Made by a program: the position numbers and the translations under genes | Part shown: positions 42,601 through 50,835 of the stretch, one piece after another | Layout: each line of letters starts with the position of its first letter | Numbering within the stretch: position 1 is the stretch's first letter | Notes under the pieces: model-generated | Database searches by the model: none | What the model was told of the DNA's origin: nothing | The model's input: the letters and a program-made list of their open reading frames with translations, nothing else | Assembly (NCBI GenBank): GCA_963745075.1 | Contig: CAVUWV010000001.1 | Span: 64,001 to 128,000, forward strand | Direction of reading: 5' to 3' | DNA length: 64,000 bases | Source: Candidatus Hydrogenedentota bacterium | Lineage (GTDB): Bacteria > Hydrogenedentota > Hydrogenedentia > Hydrogenedentales > SLHB01

Positions 42601-42755
42601 CCCGCGTGCGCTCCACCATCCCCGGCACGCCCTTGATTCTCACCGTGGACGACGCGCACGCATTTCGTCAGGGTGACGTGTTTGAGTATGTGGACGTTTC
42701 TGAAGGCGATACCGTCCGAATCGCGCTCCCGCGCACGCACACGGCGCCAAACTGA
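39684..42755 (+). CDS. heparinase II/III-like secreted protein
   Basis: Signal peptide; QAYLLTGDERYADR, HNGH, DGRYYET, PNFGDS, NHGDPDDL, STASHCLVTVD, YRRTVAL, VDIFRVTGG. Confidence 0.82.
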   Translation: MVHGAILSAAIAIGLAGNPVSANGFAPLQPNQLTIRGRDAHPCVSLNPEDVKQAKQRIEHDAWARKLRDGIIASADTWLRESDAFWLRFLPEPGACYAYGFTGDPITGTSFGTWAGARCDWDHPGQVRNTEGRWLPDEEYPDSGEGYVAPDGRIHYFVGIFNAWVTEQWTLNALPALSQAYLLTGDERYADRGTLLLDALASIYSESTSGSWDYPSNPPSGRFARPWYQVARTLVKYVDQYDFLYNSPSMDKSSLRDGLTRRENIEQHLLLDGAYYCYQHSFDGALHNGHADYLRGALAVGCVLDVPEYVAAAVESPFSIYTMLANNIDRDGRYYETALAYAIHARLLYLTFADPLYNLRSAEYPDGINLYDDPRMEASLFLPDLQVELAGRRPNFGDSAPDTVYRKPPEHPFSKTDYQFLERLYAMASDPAKRDEYGKALQYLAEDDLNRLRTENPDQWLLWHAAEPPTEHGELTPIITARLHGSWVAGTKGMALLRGGKQAALVRYGPSLNHGDPDDLGLLYYADGYESSYDIGYGLGSTHVHVGWASSTASHCLVTVDETNQLQGEGSGGSLNFFGSLPGVQVVDVSSPLSYSEQGVTEYRRTVALVNVGGYLVDIFRVTGGRQHDYGFGSIGTDLSIDGVPELTPQEGSLAEGYDWGRQIGNDGDIKGYPNKPYWNPPPGNGYGFFFDVRRGKPDPVWSGTWDIAGDVPTRFRMLMLGDPGEAIVASAPGLYPTKPLSSYVISRRIADSDSPLQSTFIAVYEPYRTDPSDPPDRTTGPAPILGTVRRVGATALEINRLDGAIDLILCGSAQVETSYGSVTFDGDFGYLTGDGTHVKSAQLLGCDRLAVGDTIFDEGPAAFEAKVVSVDPETCAVDVDQTVPDGLEQYIAVFSNPAYSRTTAYHIATGRGKRLTLQGSSLVLGKGRVQEIRDDKTIVSDVTHEYAKTVRVMRSTRFFDGKRVVGPKGSATRVRSTIPGTPLILTVDDAHAFRQGDVFEYVDVSEGDTVRIALPRTHTAPN

Positions 42756-42863
42756 CGAAGTACGCCGCGGTCTGCTAAGATACGGGCTCATTACGCAGGA
42801 ATTGGGAATGTCTTCTGGGTATTAAATTCACGTACACCTAAGCATGGGTGCACAGACTGGAGA

Positions 42864-43023
42864 ACATCCACCTTGATCCCCCTTCAAAGGGGGAATTGAA
42901 AACGCCCAATTCGCGGTGCGTTTTGGATGATTGCAGATCCGGACGTAGATCCTGAGCTGCCGTGCGCACTCGAAATCCGGGATGCGCCTGCTTCCCCCTT
43001 TGAAGGGGGATCAAGGAGGATGT
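42864..43023. repeat. REP/MITE-like element with ~32-bp terminal inverted repeats
   Basis: acatccaccttgatcccccttcaaagggggaa ... ttccccctttgaagggggatcaaggaggatgt. Confidence 0.8.
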
Positions 43024-43087
43024 GAATCCGGGTAAGTGTATCCCCATTGCGTTGTGTAAGGTCGCAACCGAGTTAACGGAGGGAATC

Positions 43088-44038
43088 ATGAGACTGTGCC
43101 GGTTTGAACGAGACGGAGAAGATTACGCAGGATTCTATTTCGACGATAAAGTCGTGCCCGTCGATACGGCCGTGAGCGCCTGCGAACAAGGTACGCATAC
43201 GCGGCACGATCTCCCGGGCGGGTCGAGTCTGCTTGCCATGCTGGCATGTGGCGCACATCATGCCGCGGCCAGGGCCGTCGGGGATTGGTTGACCAAGAAC
43301 CTGGATGGTGTAGAAGCGCTCGACGTTTCCCAAGTCCGTCTGCTGGCGCCGTTTCCCGAACCGCGCAAATTGTTCCTCCTCGCGGGAAACTATGCGGCCC
43401 ACATCGAAGAGGGCGGTGGCCACGCCGTCGAGCGTGCGCGAACCTTCCCATACGTGTTCATGAAGCCCGTTACCACCATCAACCACCCGAACGCACCGGT
43501 ACCAATTCCCATCGTTTCACCCGACCATATCGACTGGGAAGCCGAACTGGGCGTCGTCATCGGCAAGACGGCGAAACACGTCAAGGAGGCCGACGCGTTG
43601 AGCTACGTAGCCGGCTATACCGTCATCAACGACGTTTCCGATCGTCAATACCAGCCCAACCCGGGGCGTGAGAAGCGTCCGAAGGATGAGTTCTTTGACT
43701 GGCTCCACGGCAAATGGCACGACGGCTTTTGTCCCATGGGTCCCTGCGCCATCACGGCCGACGCTGTCGCCGACCCGCAGGATCTGCACATCACGCTCAA
43801 GGTGAATGGCGAAACCAAGCAGGATGCTTCGACCGCGTTGCAGATCTACCCCGTCGCGGCAGTGATCGAGTTCATTTCCCAATCCGTTACCCTGGAACCG
43901 GGCGACATCATCTCCACGGGCACTCCGTCAGGCGTGGGCGCGGCGTCGGGAACCTTTCTCCATCCCGGCGACGAAGTCGAGGCGGCTATCGACGGCATCG
44001 GTGTGTTGAAGAACCACATGGTTGCGGAGTCCCTCTGA
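43088..44038 (+). CDS. fumarylacetoacetate hydrolase (FAH) family protein
   Basis: AGNYAAH, FMKP, DWEAELGVVIG, NDVSDR, GKWHDGFCPMGP, GDIISTGTPSGVG. Confidence 0.92.
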   Translation: MRLCRFERDGEDYAGFYFDDKVVPVDTAVSACEQGTHTRHDLPGGSSLLAMLACGAHHAAARAVGDWLTKNLDGVEALDVSQVRLLAPFPEPRKLFLLAGNYAAHIEEGGGHAVERARTFPYVFMKPVTTINHPNAPVPIPIVSPDHIDWEAELGVVIGKTAKHVKEADALSYVAGYTVINDVSDRQYQPNPGREKRPKDEFFDWLHGKWHDGFCPMGPCAITADAVADPQDLHITLKVNGETKQDASTALQIYPVAAVIEFISQSVTLEPGDIISTGTPSGVGAASGTFLHPGDEVEAAIDGIGVLKNHMVAESL

Positions 44039-44072
44039 GCAATTTTGGACTAAGACGACATTGTCTTTGGCA

Positions 44073-44242
44073 GAAGAACATCCCCCTTGATCCCCCTTCA
44101 AAGGGGGGAGAAGAGGCAACGCTTTGCGTTGCGTTCTTGCTCTGGAGGTTGGCTAGGTTCAGAGTCAGGCGCGGCCCATATATCGATAAACGTAGTTGAG
44201 CAAAACTCCCCCTTTGAAGGGGGATCAAGGGGGATGTTCTTC
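44073..44242. repeat. REP/MITE-like element, second copy with a different interior
   Basis: gaagaacatcccccttgatcccccttcaaagggggg ... ctccccctttgaagggggatcaagggggatgttcttc. Confidence 0.8.
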
Positions 44243-44283
44243 CGGGCAGATACGCTGATTCTTCGTTTTGCCCCATACATTTT

Positions 44284-47200
44284 TCACTTCAATTCGATTC
44301 TTCGCCACGCGGGTAAGTCGAACCCCGTCGCGCCGGGCGTCACGGGGAATCGCTTGATCGCTATCGAGTCTTTCATTGTCGACGCAACCGGCAACCCGGT
44401 CCAGGAATCGCCACTTTTCACGCGGACGTACTCGGTGCCATCCCGGTCGTGCTCAGGCCAGTCGGTGGGTCGTGGCGCCGACGTCACGATGCGTTCATCG
44501 GTGGCCTCGGCGATCATACCGGTCCAATGGGCCGCTGCGTCGTCGAATCCCTTCCCGCTCGTTCGAAGTTTCGACGCGCCGAGAGCCCAGAGCCATGCAT
44601 CCCCTTCGCCGTGGAAGACGATGCCCAGGTCGCCCTGGAATGACACGTCTGCGATCGTCTCGGCCCTATCGAAGGCGTTCAGAATCAAATAGGAGCCCCA
44701 TGCCGTATCCACACGCAGCGCGACGGCGTTGGGCCCCGCGTCGGCAGGCACATCGATCCGTTCCGCCTGACGTACGCGGACACCATTCGGGCCATCCATG
44801 GGTTCATGCACGGCAACAAACGTGCTTGACAGGTCGTCGGCTTCGCGGATCGCGTCTACGTATCGCACGCGCCGCCCCGCGTCGTCGCGGGTCTCCTGGC
44901 CGGGTCCGTTCGAGGCCTCCACCCGCGACACCGGCGACAACATCCACAACCGGTACCCGTGATTCGCATCGTGCCACATCGTTTGCCACGTTGCCGGCGG
45001 GTCGTCGACCGCTCGGACATCACGCAACCCGAAGATGTCTTCCCGTGTCAGGCTCGACCCAACGTCTGGCAGTGGCGGTTCGGGCGGCATGTTGATGCCC
45101 GTGAATGCGAGACCGTTTTCCGCCGTGTCGCTGGCCGCGACTTCGCTGAAGACGCGGAAGTCGTGTTTCTTGCCCCCGGTCACGCGAAAAATATCCACCA
45201 GGACGTTCTTCCCTTCCGGTCCTTTGAGCAGCAAGATCATCCGGCGGTAGTCGGAACACTGCGCATAGGCGGTGGACGACGCCTCCACCACCGATACTTC
45301 GTCACTCGTCGCCATCGAATGAAACGTCGGCACGCGGTCGCCCATATCCTGATTGGCGTCGTCAACGATGACGAGATTGTGGCTGAAGGCATTGTGGATC
45401 CAGTTGTTCAGCGGCATATCGCCGACGTAACCCTGATCGCCGAGATAGGTCGCATCGTTGCTCGCGTAATAGAGCGACAGGTTATCGTTGTGACGATGCC
45501 CGCCCGGCGGCGCAAACGTCAGCGCCGCGACCGTCGCCGCATCACCGTCTCCATGACGGAGAATCGCCGTCATCCAGGCGGGGAAATAGATCTCCGGCGG
45601 CGCAAAGTCTTGTTCGCGATTCAACGCATCTTCCGAGAGATGGATGAGCCCGTAATCCGTGGGACGTGCATCGCCGCGCAGCGCATGTAGGATCCCCGCA
45701 TACCGCTCGGGATAATACTTTGTCCCAACTTCCAGGATGTACGGACTCGGATACGTTTGCACCCGCGTATCGCTCACGGGCAAGTACGAACCCGAGGGAT
45801 GCAGTTGATCGATGACGGCTCCCAACATGAGCCCCAGCCGTTCATCGGTGTGAAAGTAGTCCACAACCCCGCTGCGGCCTTCAAACCCTTCCGGCCAGCG
45901 GAATCCATCCAACGTCGTTGGGATGGCGATGAGCTGCGACAAGTACATGTTCGTATACGCGGGGCTTTCCTTGCTGAACCCGTCGTACAGGAAGGACTCG
46001 TCGCGCACGCGCTCGTACCCGCGCAACGCCACGTCCGCATATTGGGGAAGCCCAATACATTTACCGACCGCCGCGAACGCGTTGTACAAGCGCGGGGACT
46101 TGTTGTTGGCACTCTCCGCCTTCCCCGCACCGCCTACGTAATGTTCCGCGCCCATGACGTATTCGAGAAAGAAATCCCGTTCGACGTGCGCCCGGGTCTC
46201 GTTCGTCCAGAGCGGCTTCCCGTTCTCATCCCGCGCGTCGTGGAGCAGGTCGTAGGCGAGCGCTGCATCCGGCAGCCCCGAGATCGAATCCGTGCTCGAG
46301 TGGATGCGCCCTGCGCCCCAATAGTTTTGTTCCATGCGCGCCTTCTCGACGGTATCCTTCGCGTACACGTCCGCGCAGAGATGCCGTTTCCACTCCAGCG
46401 GAAGGTTCATGTCGTGCCACGCGGCGTACAGGGGATCGCAGTCCGCGATGGCGTCCCAGTAGTCGTGATACAACCAGTTCCGGTAGCAATCCGCGAACCG
46501 ATCCAGGATTGCGATCCCCATCCTCGCGTAGCGCGGGTCATCCGTAACCCAATACGCAAAGGCAAGCGTGGTCACGGCCCGGCGCATGTATGTGATCTTG
46601 TTGGCGCGGATGACTCCGGAGAAGCTCACATGAATCGGGTGGCCGACCCAGTGCCAAGCCAGCTTGCCGCTGCGGTCGTTCGGGTTGGCACGCTCTTCAT
46701 CATTCAAATAGAAGGTAAACGTCTGACCCATACGCGGCGCCTGCAATACGGCCGTCTCGGGATACTTCGGATCGGGGTAGACTTGGCCGCACGCCTTGCA
46801 TTGAATTTGGTCGGGCTTTTCGCTCGACCAAGCGTACAACGAACTTCCCACCCCTTCCTGAGACTTTACGCCCACGCAGTTGGGGCAGGTGAATCCATAG
46901 GTATTGGTCGGGCTCAGCGCCGGAACCATGTCCTCGATGTAGCCGTCGGGCTTGGCGATCAATTCGTCAGCCTCGGCTTTGATGCTGCGAAACCAGTCCG
47001 CGCCCCAATCCGTCGATTCCATGCGGTGCCGCACGGTATTCAGGGCGTCCGCATCCACCATCACGGGATGGGTCTGTGGCACCCGCCCGGCAAGCATCGC
47101 GTCTTTGCGCGCTTCCATCTCTGCGCGAAACTCCGCCTCGGCCGGCGCGATTCCTGCTTGCTGCCACGGCATAAGGCCGTCACCGCGGGTCACGGCTTGC

Positions 47201-47301
47201 ACGAAAGCCGCCTTCCGGTCAGCTTCAGATGGCTGCTGGGAAAAGGCCGCCAGCGTCAACGCCAACAGCATTCCCACGACGATGGACAACGGAACTCGCA
47301 C
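44284..47301 (-). CDS. heparinase II/III-like secreted protein with a CxxC..CxxC insert
   Basis: Signal peptide; FTCPNC..IQCKAC; AYWVTDDPRYA; DGFSKESPAY; GHRHNDNL; SHNLVIVD; VDIFRVTGG; GTG start inferred. Confidence 0.82.
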   Translation of the reverse strand: MRVPLSIVVGMLLALTLAAFSQQPSEADRKAAFVQAVTRGDGLMPWQQAGIAPAEAEFRAEMEARKDAMLAGRVPQTHPVMVDADALNTVRHRMESTDWGADWFRSIKAEADELIAKPDGYIEDMVPALSPTNTYGFTCPNCVGVKSQEGVGSSLYAWSSEKPDQIQCKACGQVYPDPKYPETAVLQAPRMGQTFTFYLNDEERANPNDRSGKLAWHWVGHPIHVSFSGVIRANKITYMRRAVTTLAFAYWVTDDPRYARMGIAILDRFADCYRNWLYHDYWDAIADCDPLYAAWHDMNLPLEWKRHLCADVYAKDTVEKARMEQNYWGAGRIHSSTDSISGLPDAALAYDLLHDARDENGKPLWTNETRAHVERDFFLEYVMGAEHYVGGAGKAESANNKSPRLYNAFAAVGKCIGLPQYADVALRGYERVRDESFLYDGFSKESPAYTNMYLSQLIAIPTTLDGFRWPEGFEGRSGVVDYFHTDERLGLMLGAVIDQLHPSGSYLPVSDTRVQTYPSPYILEVGTKYYPERYAGILHALRGDARPTDYGLIHLSEDALNREQDFAPPEIYFPAWMTAILRHGDGDAATVAALTFAPPGGHRHNDNLSLYYASNDATYLGDQGYVGDMPLNNWIHNAFSHNLVIVDDANQDMGDRVPTFHSMATSDEVSVVEASSTAYAQCSDYRRMILLLKGPEGKNVLVDIFRVTGGKKHDFRVFSEVAASDTAENGLAFTGINMPPEPPLPDVGSSLTREDIFGLRDVRAVDDPPATWQTMWHDANHGYRLWMLSPVSRVEASNGPGQETRDDAGRRVRYVDAIREADDLSSTFVAVHEPMDGPNGVRVRQAERIDVPADAGPNAVALRVDTAWGSYLILNAFDRAETIADVSFQGDLGIVFHGEGDAWLWALGASKLRTSGKGFDDAAAHWTGMIAEATDERIVTSAPRPTDWPEHDRDGTEYVRVKSGDSWTGLPVASTMKDSIAIKRFPVTPGATGFDLPAWRRIELK

Positions 47302-47441
47302 GCGTTCCCCCTTTCCTGTTACTCTCGCGATCAAACGATTGTATTCGGGACAAACCGTATGGAGTGCCCCAGTGTATCACGTTCCCGCGTTCTGGACGAC
47401 GCCGGGGCTCCAGTGTGAATGAACGAAGGAGTGTTTCAAAA

Positions 47442-50285
47442 ATGGCCGCGTTTCGATCGAGTGTTTGCCTGTTGGTGGGACTTTCGATTTGTCTTTTGGC
47501 AGCATCGCTTGCCGAGGCTCAGGACTCAGTGTTCGAACGCGTTTTCGGTACGTCACGTGTGCTTGACGCCGGGCGCGTGGCCGCGGTCAATGCCTTGAAG
47601 CCCGGAGAACGACTGACGGTTGACACGAACAACGACGGTACACCCGATGAACTCTGGTACCTCGATACGGCCAAACGGCACACGAAGGGCCCGCTGCTCG
47701 TCCGCGTCGTGGACGAAGACGGCGATCTCGCGGAAACCGGACGCGGCGACCGCGACAGCGATTGCTATTTCTGGGATTGGGGCGCGGACGGTACCATCGA
47801 TGTCGTGACCGATTACCAGGACGACGACGGCGACAATGACGTCGACGAGATGGGCATATTTTACGACAAGAATTGGAAGGACGAGCTCGACGATATCACG
47901 GTCTGGTGGGGTATCGACGTGGGGGACGACAATCTCCTCTGGTACGACGTGGACGGTACCTACTACCAGGATCGCTGCCAGTACCGGACGCACTTCAGCG
48001 GCGACGAGATGTTTTACCAATACCGGCTGGCCGCCGGGTGGGACGCGTGGTTGAACGTTTTCGAGGATCCCTTTGCCTTTTACGATCCGGATGGCGACCA
48101 GTGCAGCGAAGTGGTGGTGCGAGTCTGCGCGAAAGGCCACGACGTGGAGAACCTGCGCTACAGCATCGACGCCGACGGCGACGCGTTCGGCACACGAACG
48201 CACAATTACGAGTTCTCCGTTACCGCCATCCCCGGCGATACGCCCATGACCACCGACGGCGCGGACCTCGCGCCGGCGACCGTGCGCGGCATTCCGACGC
48301 ATCCGGTTCTATCCTGGGAGAAAACAAAGGCTTTTGCGAAGAACGCCCCGTGGGGCAAAGCCATGCTGACGTGGGACGAGTTGAACGCCAACACCGACGA
48401 AAACATCGATCGGGATTCCCACGAGCGGTGGGAAGGGGTCCTGAATCATAAGTCCAAGCGCGGCGACTTTCCTCAAGTGGGCGGTCCGCCGGCCAGCGCG
48501 TTCAACAAGCGCGTCGAAATGGCGGAACATCCCGCGTCGCCGTTGCGCGTGTATTTTGACACCGCCGACAAACGACTGCATCTGCTCGGCGCGGCCTACG
48601 GCTACATCGACGTTGATTACAACCTGGACGGCGTCGCCGATGCAGCCTACGAGTATGAAGACCAGAACGGCGACGGCGTGCTGGACCGCCGCCGGATCGA
48701 CACCGACGGTGACGGCACCTTCGAGCTCGATTGGCCCATGAACGGAAACTCACGCGAGATTGATCTCGAATATGAACCCGTTTCCGAACTGTACAATCCG
48801 ACTTTGGATGCTGTGCTTGAGTCGAGCCAGCGATTCATCGACGCGGCCAAAGACGCCTTGGGTGAATCCGACGAGCGTGCGGCGGCGATCGAGTCGTTCT
48901 TCCTCAATGAACTTCCCGATTGGCACCGCGAGCGCGAGGTCGGTCTCGGCGTACGAACCACGCCCGGCGGCGCGCGGTACTATCTCGACCTCGTCCGCGA
49001 TCGGCTCTTCGCTGCCCTTAAGGAACGATACCGGAATTCGGAGAGATGGCAGCCCTTTGAAAGCGCATATGCGTCTGGCGATATCGACGGGGCGACGAAG
49101 AGTTTGCGTAACGCGATTGCGGTACCCAATTCCCCCGTTGATCCTACGAGTTATGCGGATTTCACCAAACGCATCCCGATCGTCATCGACAACGCCGGCC
49201 AATCCGAGCGGCAGCGGTCGCCCATTGTTCTGTCCGTAGCGGAGATCAAGAAGACGGCGCCGGATTTCAATCCCAAGAATTGCGCGGTAGTCGCGCCGAA
49301 CCGTTGGCTGGACTGGTTTGAACTGCCGCACCAAGTGGATGAACTCGACCCGGACGCAGGTGAGGAGTTGTCCTTCGTCACCGATCTCTCAGCGGACGCG
49401 GCATCGACGTTTTACCTCTATTACACGCCGGACGGTGAGCGCGACGAGTCGTTCCCGCGGCTGACGGGGGCCGTGCTCGATACACCGGCCTACGTGGCCT
49501 GGGAATCCGACGCCGGCGCCTACCGCTTTTACACGGGCCAGTTCGACTTCTTCGGCAAACAACCGGATCGCGGTCTGCCACGCGAAGAGCGGCTGCTCTA
49601 CCCGATCGTCGAAGTCAACTACCACCAGCAGCAGGAGTGGGGGATGGACGCCCTCCACGTGGATTATTCTTCGGGTCTCGGTGGCTTGACGATGTACCTC
49701 GACGGAAAGGATTACCTTATCCAGAGCCCGGCGGGCGAGGGCGACGTAGTCTTCAACCACCGCGTGCTTGTTCAGGGTCCGGTCCGGGCCGCGGTCGAAA
49801 TCAACGCTACAAACATCGTACCCGGCAACCCCGACATCACCGCGCGACTCGTTTGCCTGATCTATGCGGGCCACCAGGAGAGCGAAGTCCGGTGCCACGT
49901 TCAGGGCGTGGACGCGCCCATCGAAATCGCGGCGGGGCTGCTGAAGTTGGATGACGAATCGTGGTTCGCCGACCAGACCGCCGGTTACCTCGCGAGCACC
50001 GGATTCCAGGAGGAAGGGATCGGCGAGATTGCGCTCGCCGTCATCGTTCCGAACGCGCAACTGAACGAGGTTGTCGATCTCGAACCCGAGCGCCGGCTGC
50101 GTTGCGCCGCCCCGGAACACATGTTGCGCTATTGGATTATCGGCGATTGGCGTCGTGGCCGTCAGTACCCCGTGTCGCCGACCATCGACAACTGGCGCTA
50201 TGAAGTGGACACGCTGGCGCGAATCGTGACAAGAGATCCCGGCATCTCGCTTGGCAACGTCGAGGCAGTCGCAGCCAGGATCTGA
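47442..50285 (+). CDS. large secreted protein with many DxDxDG Ca-binding-like motifs and a C-terminal DUF4861-like domain
   Basis: Signal peptide; DTNNDG, DEDGD, DYNLDG, DQNGDG, DTDGDG; AWESD..YRFY..FDFFGK..WGMDAL..GPVRA; AAGGAG RBS. Confidence 0.7.
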   Translation: MAAFRSSVCLLVGLSICLLAASLAEAQDSVFERVFGTSRVLDAGRVAAVNALKPGERLTVDTNNDGTPDELWYLDTAKRHTKGPLLVRVVDEDGDLAETGRGDRDSDCYFWDWGADGTIDVVTDYQDDDGDNDVDEMGIFYDKNWKDELDDITVWWGIDVGDDNLLWYDVDGTYYQDRCQYRTHFSGDEMFYQYRLAAGWDAWLNVFEDPFAFYDPDGDQCSEVVVRVCAKGHDVENLRYSIDADGDAFGTRTHNYEFSVTAIPGDTPMTTDGADLAPATVRGIPTHPVLSWEKTKAFAKNAPWGKAMLTWDELNANTDENIDRDSHERWEGVLNHKSKRGDFPQVGGPPASAFNKRVEMAEHPASPLRVYFDTADKRLHLLGAAYGYIDVDYNLDGVADAAYEYEDQNGDGVLDRRRIDTDGDGTFELDWPMNGNSREIDLEYEPVSELYNPTLDAVLESSQRFIDAAKDALGESDERAAAIESFFLNELPDWHREREVGLGVRTTPGGARYYLDLVRDRLFAALKERYRNSERWQPFESAYASGDIDGATKSLRNAIAVPNSPVDPTSYADFTKRIPIVIDNAGQSERQRSPIVLSVAEIKKTAPDFNPKNCAVVAPNRWLDWFELPHQVDELDPDAGEELSFVTDLSADAASTFYLYYTPDGERDESFPRLTGAVLDTPAYVAWESDAGAYRFYTGQFDFFGKQPDRGLPREERLLYPIVEVNYHQQQEWGMDALHVDYSSGLGGLTMYLDGKDYLIQSPAGEGDVVFNHRVLVQGPVRAAVEINATNIVPGNPDITARLVCLIYAGHQESEVRCHVQGVDAPIEIAAGLLKLDDESWFADQTAGYLASTGFQEEGIGEIALAVIVPNAQLNEVVDLEPERRLRCAAPEHMLRYWIIGDWRRGRQYPVSPTIDNWRYEVDTLARIVTRDPGISLGNVEAVAARI

Positions 50286-50293
50286 CTGGCGGA

Positions 50294-50574
50294 AGACCAC
50301 AGCCGGGGGCGGCTGTGCCACACGTCCAACTCCACCGACCGTGGCTGTGCCACACGTCCAACTCCACCGACCGTGGCTGTGCCACACGTCCAACTCCACC
50401 GACCGTGGCTGTGCCACACGTCTAACTCCACTGACCGTGGCTGTGCCACACGTCCAACTCCACCGACCGTGGCTTTGTCATTCTTGACAGCGTAATCGTC
50501 CAGACCGGCGGCCGACATACCAGAAACGACTGCGAGGCAAGCGAGTGTGGCACAGCCGCCCCCGGCTGTGGTCT
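50294..50574. repeat. REP-like inverted pair enclosing a 32-bp x5 tandem repeat
   Basis: agaccacagccgggggcggctgtgccacac with inverted copy at ~50545-50574; unit ggctgtgccacacgtccaactccaccgaccgt at 50311, 50343, 50375, 50407, 50439. Confidence 0.9.
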
Positions 50575-50835
50575 TTCGCTTCGCCTGCCGTTTTTCGGGT
50601 GATTCGTGTGTTTTTGGCCGATAGACGCAGCACTTTCCGCAGTGAGCGCACTTCTTGCGATGTCCGACTTGCTCGCTTGGTGTGGGTCCGGCTTCAACCC
50701 AGCCGAACATTTACCGCACAAAAAGGGTCTCAAAGTAAACAAGAGGCGCTTGTAATCGTTCATTATATGCTGGAACTTCCTCTCAGGGCGGGGAATGTAC
50801 TGTCTCGTTATTGAAACTCCGGGGAGAGATCGATC

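Noticed and set aside
50311..50474. CRISPR array
   Set aside because: The units are contiguous near-identical 32-mers with no unique spacers, and there are no cas genes in the window
50198..50710. ORF with CxxCxxCC motif and repeated peptide
   Set aside because: It is a translation of the REP/tandem repeat region, has no clear RBS, and overlaps the end of a real gene
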